This document shows, one piece after another, positions 50,376 to 62,984 of a stretch of DNA of 64,000 bases. This DNA comes from Octopus bimaculoides. Its lineage: Eukaryota. Both the position numbers and the translations under genes were made by a program. Each line of letters opens with the position of its first letter. Position 1 is the first letter of the stretch. The stretch covers positions 19,060,688-19,124,687 of the forward strand of contig NC_068995.1 in assembly GCF_001194135.2 (NCBI RefSeq), given 5' to 3'. The notes under the pieces were generated by a model that made no database searches, was not told the DNA's origin, and saw only the letters and a list, made by a program, of their open reading frames with translations.

Positions 50376-51654
50376 TTAATTATCTATAATTATCTGTACA
50401 TATACCCACGTACATACGTATATGTAAATGTATAGATGCAGGTATTTGGATATGTACAACTTTTCGCCTGTTTCTCTACCTATACAACAACTCGTATATA
50501 TACGTATATATAAAAAGACCCACTCTCCTTTTCGAACGACTATGGGAAATATTCTTTGGCCAGTCGGTCGTTTTTGTTTTTCGATCCATATATCTTAGGG
50601 TCTTTTATGAAGTTCGTAATCGCGGTTTTACTGCGACTAATCTCACTGGAAATGGCACTTTGAGAAGACCTTGATTCTAGAACTCTACAATTCTACGTCG
50701 TTCAAAACCTGTCAATATGTTTGTTTTGCTCATTGTTGTGAAATTGATAGGGAGTGACCGGAAGTTGTTGACATTGAGAAAGCTTGAACATAAATGCCAA
50801 AATTTCTATAGTTTATACCAGATTTAAACTTTTCATTTGTCATGATCTTAAATATTTGACCAAGCAAACTATTATTCGTTTTCATACAATGCGTATTTTT
50901 CGCATTAAATATTAAACATATTTTTAGATTTTCGTATATCCTTTTCTATTTGCCAATTATGAATATATAATGAAAAATAGTCGAATATCTCGGTCTGCAG
51001 GGAGTTTATTTCGGCAGTTTTTTTCACTGATCTTAAGATTTTGTGCAGCATTGTATATGTAAACGGAAAATCTGCCAATTTTCTCACTTACTCTGTAAAC
51101 AGAACTGAGTATAAAACATCTATATACATACATTTGATTACTTTAACATGCAGATGTGCTTTCACGGGGACAAAGCCTGCATTATAAATACATACGGACA
51201 CACACATACACACACGCACAGACACAAGTATGTATGTGTTTATATATGTAAACGTGTATGTATATGTGTATATATGTAAATGTGCATGTAAATATATATG
51301 TATTGGTTCCTACATATGCAACACGCATAATCTATTGTCAACTTCATGCGTTAAATCATGGGTGACTCATGTTTTGTAATTATTTCACACTATCATTCAA
51401 AATTAACCCCGAATTTCTTGTTTCAGGTTCATTTCAATTCAATTTCAGGTTCATTATTAAATATTTGCATATTTCATTGCTTACAACCACATCACCATAT
51501 TTAGCACACCCACACACATACACTTACAAGATGACCATCAATATTTACATGTTTAGACCATTTCTGTTTCTCGATGATAGTGCATGCGGTTTCAAAGGCA
51601 TTTCGTTTCTTCGAAACTTAAAGAGAAATCCACTCTCTTTGCAGCCGTGTGGAT

Positions 51655-51870
51655 TTTCTTCTTCTTCTTCTTCTTCTTCTTCTTCTTCTTCTTCTTCTTC
51701 TTCTTCTTCTTCTTCTTCTTCTCCTTTTCCTCCTTCTCCTCCTCATCCTCCTCCTTCTTCTTGTTCTTGTTCTTGTTCTTCTTCTTGTTCTTCTTCTTCT
51801 TCTTCTTCCTCCTCCTCCTCCTCCTCCTCCTTCTTCTTCTTCTTCTTCTTCTTCTTCTTCTTCTTCTTCC
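51655..51870. repeat. Compound (TTC)/(TCC)/(TTG) polypyrimidine microsatellite
   Basis: Direct reading. Confidence 0.96.
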
Positions 51871-51899
51871 CCTTCATTTTGTCTGCTTCCTCTTCGTCT

Positions 51900-52940
51900 T
51901 TCACCATCCACTTCCTCGGTTGTATACGCTCGGACATCCGGGTAACACAAAACGTCGTAGCATGTAACACCTTCTTCTTGTACAACGGTGACATATACGA
52001 GCCGAGCAAATCTCAGGTCAGCCGATGGGGTCTCCCTTCTCTAACCTGGACTAATTATAAGGCTCCGTGTTTAACACCTGCTACTCAAGCGTCTTATACT
52101 TCAAATACATCGACGTTCTCCTGATGATCATCTCTTCCCTAGAGAAGGCGATTCCCATACAACAAGGTTTCAGCAACCGAGACATCCACATCAAATTCAA
52201 AATAGAAAGCCTGGACGAGTCTGGAATCCCTTCTCTGCTGGATTTCGAGGTAAAGACCACGAAGGAGTGTCCCATCTATTCTAACTTTTACAGGAAACTG
52301 CTCGTACACAGAGAGTCAGCCCTTCCCACCAGAGCCAAAGCCACACACATGGAAACTGTAATCACCCGCATAAAGGACAGCTGCAGTGAAACAACTGACA
52401 CGTCTATCAACACGAAGCAGTTTCTCAAGAACTTAGCACACCACGGCTATTCGCCCTCGTTAGCCAAATGATTGCATTAATAAAACATGGAAGTGGGTAA
52501 ACCACCTAAGAAAGCCCATAATCCCAAATCGGGAAGTGTTTCTTAAACTTATCTATTTCAACGACAGCACAACTTCAGCTATTCAATATGCAACCTCCGG
52601 AGAGGGACTCAGATGTTGCACACCGGTCCATCCCTGATGAACTTTCTGTCTAACCAGTTGCCCCATCAACGATGTCAAAACATGCTTGAGGGACAATGTG
52701 GAGTACGAATTAATCTACAGTAAACGTGGAGCATCCCACACAGGGAGCACCCTCCGTATAAAAGAAAAAATGTATGCAGACACTTCAGTAAAGAACCACC
52801 TAAAGAAGTGCCAAACCTAAGATTTTAAAGTATCCATCAAGTCCATCCAACGCAGCGGGGACAATCTCAGACTCATGATGGCCCTTCCTATAAACAAATT
52901 GAGACCAGCCAATGACAGAGGGAAGCAACTACATGAAGCA
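51900..52940 (+). pseudogene. Penelope-like element remnant: RT core to GIY-YIG
   Basis: CNTFFLYNGDIYE / GQPMGSPFS...LYFKYIDVLLMI (YxDD site eroded)...HIKFKIE...LLDFEV...FYRK...K..HMET; then C..NDVKTCLRDNVEYELIYSKRGASHTGST-LRIKE (degenerate GIY-YIG). Confidence 0.85.
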
Positions 52941-53556
52941 GACTGGTTGCGATAGCAACACCAATCTAAGCAGGTCACCTACCTCTTTCCTTTCCCACAT
53001 ATCAGAGCAACGACTTTTCCAACCTTCCTCTTTTCCAAATGCACTAAAGCTGAGGTCATAACCCCGAAATGTAGAAATACAAAGTAAAACTCCAACGTTG
53101 TTTTGTTTTCTTTTTCTTATACGTTTGTAGTTTACTTTGCACCTTCTAGCATTGTTCTGGTCATACACAACAAACCCCTTTAAAATTATGCCACACAATA
53201 CTTCACCGTATGTATTTCATATATATGGAAATAAAAAGTGTATTCCCACATAGGTAAAATATTGGAGATTATGTTTTGGGGGTTTGAAAATGCACCTCAA
53301 TCACAAAAGTTCTAGTCGTTTTTTAAACTTTGTAATAGAATTGTAACCAACGGGTTTCGACAATTTCTTGCTTATCAATGGTACAAACGTATAAATAGAG
53401 GGCTTAGAAGGTGTTAAATTTACAAGGTAAAAATCGGAAAAACATGTTTAAACTATCAAATATTCAAATATTCACAGAAAGTTTCAATGATCTTCACAGG
53501 GATATATAGTAATATAAATGTAAATGTTGCCTGAAGGTCGCAACAAATGTACATTA

Positions 53557-54070
53557 CACTAGGCAACAACATTTTTGCTACTATTAGACGAAACGATACT
53601 CATGCGTACTTTGGGAGCGCTGATTCCGAATCTGCAATCGATTTTGCGATATTATTATTAAATTGCTATAAAAATTACAATAATGTGAAAATTCATGACA
53701 AATAAAATGAATGTTATGTTAAGCGTAAATTACCGTTATTTGGTATAAGAACAATAGCCTTTGGGTGGTCAAATAGCTCTAAAACCAATAAAACACAAAA
53801 CAAAAGTGTAGAGTGAATATTATCAATTTTATGTTTTTTCAAAAATAGCTTGGCGCTTCTTTTACACTTATGTTACATGCCCGTTTCTCGTCTTAAAAAC
53901 CAACAGTAGTCTGTCAGTATGTTTGGTGTAAGTCTGCCACTGTACTGGCTTTCTAGTTCTTTGATTTCGTGATGAAATCGTTCACCATGCTCATCGCTTA
54001 CATCACCCATATTGGGTGGAAAAAAGTCAACACGAGAGGGGAGAAAATGAATTTTTAGAGACATTCTTGC
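53557..54070 (-). mobile_element. DNA transposon 3' end with transposase C-terminus, Chapaev3-like (CMC group)
   Basis: ORF 53873..54064: MSLKIHFLPSRVDFFPPNMGDVSDEHGERFHHEIKELESQYSG...LTDYCWFLRRE. Terminus TTA|CACTAGGCAACAA at 53554-53569. The transposase nature is firm; the family label is from memory. Confidence 0.7.
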
Positions 54071-54650
54071 CTTAAATCAACACTCAAGGAAACCTATCAG
54101 TTAACTAAAATATAAAATTAATCAACTGTAAATTTTACTGTAAAAGATCACAATATATTTCTAAAAAAAAAACAAAAAACATTGGAATTATTATAGAATG
54201 TACTGAAGCTATGGCTATCACGAAACAATTTGTTTCCATCTCTAAATTTCAAACATTGATCACTTTAATAAATAACTAAACTTACTACTAAACTACTTTT
54301 CATATAACCTGGCCATCTTATTTGATGTACTTTGTTTTAAAAGCACTTGCAGTTATCAAGAAACGGGAGTCTGAATGGTTTACTATAACCTAATATCAAT
54401 GGCCTATTGTGAGGAGAACTTTACTCTAATTACGGTGATAACAAAGTAAAATAAATTCCCATCTTGTGTGGCAATTTAACAGGTAGCCTTCATTTCCCTC
54501 CATCAGCACTTACTTTCCAGTGAGCTGGAGAACCGTTAGCATGCTGGGCACTAAGCCACGCACATTCACATATATGCATGTACATATATGTATGAATGTG
54601 TGTACATGTCTGTCTGTATTTCTGTCTGTCTGTACGTATTTATGCATGCA

Positions 54651-54864
54651 CGAGGGGGTGCTCAAAAGTTTCTAGCTTTTAGGGTGTCACAAAAGGCTTT
54701 GTAGGAGGCTAAACATTCCGACTTCTATTATATGGCGTACAAAAACTAATGGACCGCTGCAATAAGCGTGTGAATCCGAGAGGGAATTATGTTGAATAAA
54801 ATCATAATTAACTAATCCTGTATTTTCTTTTACACCAAACAATGAACTTTTCAGCATCCCCTTG
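54651..54864 (+). mobile_element. 214-bp mariner-derived MITE
   Basis: TIRs CGAGGGGGTGCTCAAAAGTTT / GAACTTTTCAGCATCCCCTTG|TA; retains the transposase C-terminus KLMDRCNKRVNPRGNYVE* at 54743-54799. Confidence 0.88.
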
Positions 54865-54957
54865 TATACTAATAATATCCTGGAAATCCAAGTGCCAAAT
54901 TTTTCCTAAATAGTATTTTGTTATAATTTTTCATTCTTCTTCTAATATTTTAAACAG

Positions 54958-55340
54958 AAAATGCAGCGACCTAGCAGAACCTTTAGCACGCCTGGCAAAA
55001 TTCTTAGCGGCATTTCGTCCTTCGTTACGTTTTGAGTTAAAATTCCACTGAGGTCGACTTCGCCTTTCATCATTTCGGGGTCGATAAATTAAGTACCAAC
55101 TGAGCACGGGGATTGATTTTATCAACTTATCCGTTTCAAATGGAAAAAAAAGGTGGCAATCTGACAGAATCGTTAGCACCTCGAGCAAAATACTTAGCAA
55201 CTTTTCATCAGTCTCCGTTCTCAGTTCAAATTCCGCCGTGGCCGACTTTGCCTTTCATCAAGAAAGACGATGAAAATGATTTAGCCGCTTCCCCGAAATT
55301 GCAGACTTTGCGCCAAAAGTTGAAACTAATATTTCAAATA
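54958..55340 (+). mobile_element. Two tandem SINE family B copies (54958-55140, 55150-55340)
   Basis: Both carry GCAGAA..TTAGCAC...CTTAGC...GTT.AAATTCC.C.G.GG.CGACTT.GCCTTTCATC. Confidence 0.88.
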
Positions 55341-55799
55341 GAAAACCATGCAAATTCAAATATCTAAAATGAAATGTAATGCCAGATAACTCATCGTCTA
55401 ACTGCCTTATCATTCATTTGTCCCTCATCAGCTACGTCTCGAAATGCAATGATAAAAATCATACGTATATTACACAATTCACGCAGCTTATATTATTAGA
55501 TATCGTTTTGAGCATTCAAAGTTTACCTTGTTATAATTAGATGCAGTTACACGGTTTCCGGGTCCAATGTGTTACTAGTAGGTAAATAAATATTTATTGC
55601 AATTGTATGGGAAAGAGGCTGTTCGTTATAGCCGCGAAAAAATTATCTTCGCATAATTATGTGCGGAGCAAAAGAAAAACTAGACCTTTAGCAACCGGAA
55701 TATCGGAAGAATAACTACGCGCGCGCGAACGCACACACGTCCACATAGACACACACACATACATACACACGCACACACACCATATATATATAAAGATAT

Positions 55800-55873
55800 A
55801 TATAAATATACGCACGCATATACATATACATACATATATACATATATATGTATATACATATATATGTATATAC

Positions 55874-55940
<67 letters not shown>

Positions 55941-56030
55941 GAGAGACACAGAGAGAGACAGAGAGGGAGAGACAGAGAGACAGAGAGGGAGAGAGAAAGA
56001 GAAAGAGAGAGAAAGATAAACAGAGAAATA
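55800..56030. repeat. (TA)n then (GA)n/(GACA)n compound microsatellite
   Basis: Direct reading. Confidence 0.95.
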
Positions 56031-56739
56031 GAGAAATGCGTCCTGTTAAAAAAAGAAAACAACACGTATTCTTAAGGAGAAAGAGCAATGGACGCAAAAT
56101 CAATAATAAGTCATTTAATGAGATTTTAGTATTGTTTGCATATTAAAAAGAAAAGATAAAGCCATTTGTTGTAGAAAATAACAATGCCAAGGTCACAATA
56201 ACTGGAAACAAAAGAAAAAAACAGTAATAGGAGTAATTGTGATTTTCAAGTATAAAAAAATATTTCCTCGTGTAGGATTCGATCTCTATCGATCATAAAT
56301 TCCAATAGAAAGGTTCCTTTTCATTCCATTAGTTTCTCTTAAGAAAGAAAATTTGCAATTGCTTATAGATCTGTTATTGATTATTTTTCCGAACTTTTTA
56401 AACTGTCCGCAACTTCTAACCCAAGCACATACCTGCCCATTCAACACACAACACACAGGCAGGCGAAAGAAGAAAAAAAAAGGATAAATAATACAAAATA
56501 AATATTATTTAAATATGTAATAATAACAATATGTGATGGTAACAACCTCAAAAATAAAAACGTAGAAATAATTCTCGCTAAAAAAAAAAAAATACATCAT
56601 GGCAACCGTTATTGATGTGAATAATTCGTTTTAATTAATTTTCATTCAGTTAGAAAAAATACCACCGTCACCAAACAGTAAATGTAAATTAGTGTATCTA
56701 TATATTTGTATGTGTGTGTGGGTGCGTGTGTATATAGAC

Positions 56740-56793
<54 letters not shown>

Positions 56794-56999
56794 GTCTATA
56801 TATATTTCTATACATATATATATACATATATACATATATATATATGCATACATTTATATATATACATATCCATACATATATATTTATATATATATATATA
56901 TACGTACATATATATATTTATATACATAGATACACACACATATATATGTACATACATGCATACGTACATATATACATGCATATATATATNNNNNNNNNN

Positions 57000-57030
<31 letters not shown>

Positions 57031-58343
57031 ATTATATAAATATACGTACACACACTCACATATATAGACACGCACGCACGCACATGCATATATATGCATT
57101 CAGACACACACACACACACACACACAAACATACATATGTGGTGCAGGATTTGAAATATACATTGACATAGATTGATAAATAAGTAATTATAAGAAATGAA
57201 TACTACACTAGTGAAATTGAAATATTTCTTTGTAGAAGGCGAGTGGCATCGTCCTCAATAAAGAGAAAAGAATCAGAGCTAGAATTTGAAATATATTTGT
57301 TATTTCATTTGAATGTTCAGTGTGTAGTTGTTTCAGTTATACTCACGTACAAACACTCCTACACACAACCCACACACACGTATATATTCCTCAAAGTTCA
57401 TGAATTTTGAAGCTTTCCTTAATATATTCAGTAGATTCCGTTTCTTTTTAGCCATAGCGTCTACAATATTGTCATCTCTTATTTATGATCTGACATATAT
57501 TCCTTAGTCTTGATTTTCGACATTAAACATATGAATTAGAATACTATATTGAAGTTTTTTTTCTCCTAAGGGTTCTATGCGTCTATCGCAACTCATATAG
57601 GGAACATGTAGCTGTGAATATCCATTGGATATATTTTACAACCCTAACTTTCGGGTATATTTATGAAAGATTCTCGTGTTTCTCATTCTTCCTTCAGTTT
57701 TCCCAATAACAAACTTCTAACTACAATCACAGACACATACATATGGAGAAAGAATACATTAAACTACTGCTCTTTCATAATTGAGGTAACTAGCAGCGTC
57801 CACGAGTAAATTTGATATCACACGCTAATAGTTTTGTATTGCTTCAAGTATTTTGAGGCTTTGTCACATTATTACATTACTATTATTATATTGTAATTAC
57901 TCCCTGTTTATCTGAATCCCTGTTTGCGAGGTTTTATAAGTTATCTGAATAAGCAATTGGTCATTTGAAGAGCTGCTTTTATAAAATACTAACTATTTAC
58001 TATTTTTTTGTTTCTTTCCTTCAGTCTACAACGCGCATTCGTTCTACTTTATTATTACAAAATGCTAGCCGGACCATATTTATGACTCCTCATTTATAAC
58101 ATAGAAGTGTATTGCTTTTGTGGTAGTTTTATCTTTCTTGCTTTCATTTAGTGCTCATCTGGACATTGATTTTGTTTGCATTATTACGTCTCGTTTTTAT
58201 TTAGGTTTTTGTTTTGTATTGTACAGAATGCACCGAAACTTAAATGGGTCTAGCGCTGACTAGTGTTATTTTCTACTTTATTTATGCCTAATCAATCACG
58301 TTTTAGTTGTGTATTTCTCAGCAATTTAGTCGGCTGCCTCATT

Positions 58344-58344
<1 letters not shown>

Positions 58345-58405
<61 letters not shown>
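58345..58405. repeat. (CTA)n microsatellite
   Basis: Direct reading. Confidence 0.97.
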
Positions 58406-58406
<1 letters not shown>

Positions 58407-58460
58407 ACGTCAAACAACAGCAAGTTAGTCCCTATGCTATGAGTGCTATTTATATGAGTG

Positions 58461-58838
58461 GAGGGGCAATAGCACAGTAGTTAGGGCAGCGGACTCGCAG
58501 TCGTAGGATCCCGGTTTCGATTCCCAACCCGGGTGTTGTGAGTGTTTATTGAGCGAAAACACCTAAAGCTCGACATGGCTCCGGCTGGGGGTGGTGGCGA
58601 ACCTTGCTGTACTCTTTCTGACCAAATTTCTCTCACTCTTTCTTCCTGTTCATGTCGTACCTGCATTTCAAAGGGACAGCCTTGTCACACTCTGTGTCAC
58701 GCTAAATCTCCCCGAGAAGTATGTTAAGGGTACACGTGTGTGTGGAGTGTTCAGCCACTTGCACGTTAATTTAACGAGCAGGCTGTTCCGTCGATCGGAT
58801 CACCTAGAGCCCCCGTCGTCGTAACCGACAGAGTACCA
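58461..58838 (+). mobile_element. SINE family D, full length, tRNA-derived head
   Basis: A-box-like TAGCACAGTAGTTAGG and B-box-like GGTTTCGATTCCC, continuing into a ~300-bp GC-richer body ending CGTAACCGACAGAGTACCA. Confidence 0.85.
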
Positions 58839-59902
58839 CGATTTATATTAGGAACAAGATATTGTACGGGAAAGAGAATAGAATCGGAGATCTATGGTTT
58901 TGCTAGATTTTCAAAATTTCAATTTTGTAAGGGTATGAGGGAAATAACGCATTTTCAAATTCTGACGCCTTGGCTTTCCTGGTATTTGGCCTTATTGCTT
59001 ATTGTTTAAGAGCGTCTTTTGGAATTGTCCCTTAAGCGCCGATGATCAAATGGAGAGTTACTGTTCTTTACTAGATTTATGAGACCTCTTAATTAAAGGA
59101 TCTTATATTTACTTAAGTTTTCAAATATTTGAATTGAATAGTTGCAGTCTACAAGGATTTACATGTCATTAGATTTTTTTACCACAATACTTGTGTAGCA
59201 CAAACAATTTTAGCACTAAAATCCCAATCGTTATCTACAATAACCTTAGCAGGCCTATACTCGCACTAGGTCTTTACATATAAGAGTCGAATCGTAGATC
59301 ATATCATCTAGAGCAAATATTCGACGTGCTTACCATGGAGCTTAATATATTCAATTGAGTCTAGCATAAAGCGTCCAGAGATTAGGCAATCGATTGCTTC
59401 CCAGGTTGCACGACAAACAACAAGCATGATGAACACCATTGTTATAAATTATTGCTTGGTGTTTTTTTGCTAGAGAGACACTGATCCTGAACTATTCTAA
59501 TGAAGCCTTCTGTTCCTCCTTTAAATCAAGATTTAACCAAACATTTATTGGTTATATTTGTATCTTTGTCATGATCGTCGGCCCTTGCAGCCTATTCTCC
59601 ATGCAATGCCTCACTTTTCCATATATTTCACAGCACTGTGATTCCATTTTATTTGACTCCTGTTTATATCTTTATTGCTATCACTAGTAATTCTTCTGTT
59701 TCCTCTTGTTGTGTTTCTGTACTGTTGATTTACAGATCTTGTACAATCCAATTTTATATTGATAATATTTAATATTTGGAGTCAACTTTACGCTTCCCAT
59801 CATAGATGCTCTTCAGATAGGCGTCAACCCGTTTGGTTGCTTTTATAGAGACAGCTGGAGTTGTAGCGGTCCACGTCTTCTATTTTTTTTTCTTTTTTTT
59901 TT

Positions 59903-60141
59903 TTAGCTGGTGGAATCGGTAGCACGGCAATCTTAATGTGTGACGGTATTTTGTCCGTCTTGTGTTCTAAGTTCAAATTTCACCGAGGTGGACTGAGCCT
60001 TTCATTCGTTCGGAGATTGATAAAATAAGTACCAGGAAATTATAGAGGTTGATGTAATCGATTAGGTACCAGTTCCGAAATTGTTGGCTTTGTACTAAAA
60101 TCTGAAATTTATTATTATTATCATTATTATTATTATTATCC

Positions 60142-60200
<59 letters not shown>

Positions 60201-60230
60201 GCTGTTGCTGTTGTTGTTGTTGCTGCCATT
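59903..60230 (+). mobile_element. SINE family B followed by a (TTA)n/(TTG)n tail
   Basis: AGCTGGTGGAATCGGTAGCAC...GTTCAAATTTCACCGAGGTGGAC...GATAAAATAAGTACCAG, then a TTA array from about 60110. Confidence 0.82.
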
Positions 60231-60394
60231 ATTATTATTGTATATCTGTCATTTTACTTCAACATTTCAATCAGATTTTTGCTAGTTTTAATATTTATTA
60301 TAATCGTCCTTCATATTATATAGTTTTAATTCCTTCTCCGTCATCATTTAAATAAATGCTCAGAACAATACGTAGTACACAGTAAAGTAGAAAT

Positions 60395-60660
60395 GACAAC
60401 AACAACAACAACAACAACAACAACGACGACGACGACGGCAGCAACAACAACTACTGCTACATTTGAAGGGTTGCTGCAATAAATAACAGCACCTTCAACA
60501 CAAAACTGAAGCGACAACTACAACACATGCAACGCCACCACCACTGAAACAACAACACAAACAAGTACAAAACCAAAACCACAAACAATACAATCACCAT
60601 CACATCGAACACCAAGAACACAACCACCACCACCACCACCACCACCACTACTACTACTAA
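60395..60660. repeat. Compound (CAA)/(CGA)/(CAC) microsatellite, decayed
   Basis: Direct reading. Confidence 0.9.
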
Positions 60661-61305
60661 TAATACTAAATATATGTTAAATCTGTATTTGGGGTGAGTG
60701 CGGTAACTGTTAAAATTTAAAAGGAGATTTATCCTGAATTGTAATGCAATCTGGTGATACGTCTTTCACTTCATTTCTTTTTGTTTTGCAATTTTTATAT
60801 ATTCCTGATGGACGTTAATACGGATTTGACGAATAAAAATACAGCATGTGTAGTCGATGGGAGAGAGCAAAAATATTTAATCTTTATGTGATAAAACAAC
60901 AACAATAACTCCCACTGAAACGTATTAAGAACTATAACAACAGCTACAATAAAAAAACTGGAACAAACAGGAAAGAAACACTTAAAAGTATAATAAACAC
61001 CATCAAGAAAACAATAACAGGAAGAAAAAAAAGTGAGGTAGGGAAGGTGGAGCGTGGTTGAGAGAGACTGAAGGTGGCATTTTCGTCTAAAATCGATTCA
61101 GAGTATTTGACAGCTAGAATGGATTATTAGAAGATGTAGCTTAGAATAAGTGGCAGTTATTGTTTAATTCGTCTTTACTCTACTGCAAAGTCAATTTTCA
61201 TTTTAAAATCAACTCAAAAATATGTCGAAATATAAATGCCTAACTCACATACAGTGAACTAACACCACAGTTCTCTTAACTAGCTTCTGTGTGTGAGTGT
61301 GTGTG

Positions 61306-61368
<63 letters not shown>

Positions 61369-62221
61369 TCGTACATAAATGCATACCCATACATATACAA
61401 AAATACACGCACACATGTATATACATAAATACATACGTATATTATATATACGTATTTATGTATACGTAAATATTTGAATAAATTTCTGTTTGTAATGTGT
61501 GTGTGTGTGTGTGTGTGGGTGATGACAATCTAGTTTTGAATACCCACATTAGGTTCAGAGAGTACAATTTTTCAAAATTCTATTCTTTTGGTTTATTTAA
61601 ATTTTCGTTCAAATATGAATTTCTAGTGAAATATAAACTCAAAATCACGTATCTTATGGCACTAACAAATGTCCGTCACTTAAAAATTCAATATAGAATC
61701 ATAATAGTGGTTATTGTATAGTAACTTCATATCCCATATTTTAGATGATATCACGATATGTACTGAATATTGAAAACATCGGGGTAAAGCCTTTTAGCAT
61801 TCAATATTGAGAAAACCTGTAATCCGGAAGACGCTTCTGGTAAAATAACTAGCTTGTAGCCTAAAGTTTCATATCACTTGTAAAATATGTCTTGCTTGTT
61901 TCTTCCATCATCCGATAATCCTTCGTATGCCATATCTGATCTTGTTGTCACATCCCCCTTATACACATTTTTACCAATGATATACATTTTTCTTCTTTTA
62001 TAATATTTCATATAAAGACTTCAGCTATATACACCCTGAGCGTTTCCGTACAAGTATACATTTCTGTAGTGGAAAATAATTTTGAAAAGCATCTTCTTTT
62101 GGGGATATGTCACCATGGTTTTCTTAAAATTTCTGAAAATAGAATCACTATACATTTCTAATAACAAGCTGATAGTATAACATTTTATCTGCCGTATTAC
62201 GTCGTCAATATTACAAATGTC

Positions 62222-62440
62222 TGACGCTGGAATTTGGCACAGTCTTTAGCGCATCAGGGAAATTGCTTGGCGGCATTTCGTCTGCCTTTAAGTTCTGAGT
62301 TAGAATTCTGCTGAGCTCGACTTTGCCTTTCATTCTTTCGGGGCTGATAATATATGCATTAGTTGAGCACTAGGGACGATGTGATAAATTCACCGCTATC
62401 CCGAGGTTCCTGGCCTTGTGCCAAAATTTGAAACCAATAT
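62222..62440 (+). mobile_element. SINE family B
   Basis: GCTTGGCGGCATTTCGTCTGCC...TTCTGAGTTAGAATTCTGCTGAGCTCGACTTTGCCTTTCATTCTTTCGGGG...GGCCTTGTGCCAAAATTTGAAACCAATATT. Confidence 0.85.
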
Positions 62441-62782
62441 TGCAAACGTTGCAAAGGCGAAATCTAATATTTCTGATATCAAATTTTAAAATATATCTAA
62501 AGTGCATATCGATTTATAAGTTTTCTCTTCAGATACAGAAAGCGGTCTAATGTTGAAAATTGATAATTGCTATACTACGCACATCTGTACTCGATACTTA
62601 CATAACAACGATTACACACTCAAATATCATTGATAAGGGAAAAGAAACTTATACCATACATTGTGTTCTCCTTATAAATGCACCTGTGCTCATTCTGTAA
62701 ATTTTCTCATATTTTTTGTAAAGTTAATACAACCATAAGGGCACATGTAAAATTTTACTCTGTATATTCATCTATTTATTTA

Positions 62783-62984
62783 TGAATGAGCACTAAAATG
62801 TCCCTAGTTTTGGGTAAACAAAAATTAAGGTGAGTCAATTAATTATAATTTTATTCAGCATATTCCCCTCTCAGATTCAAACACATATTACAGCAGTCCT
62901 TCAGTAAAAGAACTCAGTATGTTGGGCCTCCAACCATACCTTTCACGATACTCTTAAAGTCATGAACTTTTCAGTACTCCCTCG
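62783..62984 (-). mobile_element. Second copy of the mariner-derived MITE
   Basis: Reverse complement CGAGGGAGTACTGAAAAGTTC...GGAGGCCCAAC...GAATCTGAGAGGGGAATATGCTGAATAAAATTATAATT is collinear with 54651-54864; one TIR is eroded. Confidence 0.8.

Larger units (their letters stand above)
4612..56999. other. 21 assembly gaps (N runs), about 8.4 kb in total
   Basis: Examples: 4612-5200, 12759-13259, 17402-18002, 25999-26677, 29933-30914, 31928-32874, 43638-44275, 47383-47987. Most are bordered by TA or TG runs. Confidence 0.97.

Noticed and set aside
52634-52640. CTGATGA as a second hammerhead
   Set aside because: No stem II or GAAA follows; likewise for the other CTGATGA hits checked (e.g. 34981, and the minus strand near 54500 and 55425).
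58461-58535. tRNA gene
   Set aside because: A and B boxes are present, but the anticodon and acceptor stems do not pair properly and the sequence runs on into a SINE body.
10728-60200. Strand bias of TTA versus TAA arrays
   Set aside because: After merging clustered arrays it is about 6 to 1, two-sided binomial p = 0.125; not significant.
7398-60648. ORFs of poly-I, poly-L, poly-Y, HTHT, VCVC, YIYI, poly-S or poly-R
   Set aside because: Translations of microsatellites, with no domain content.
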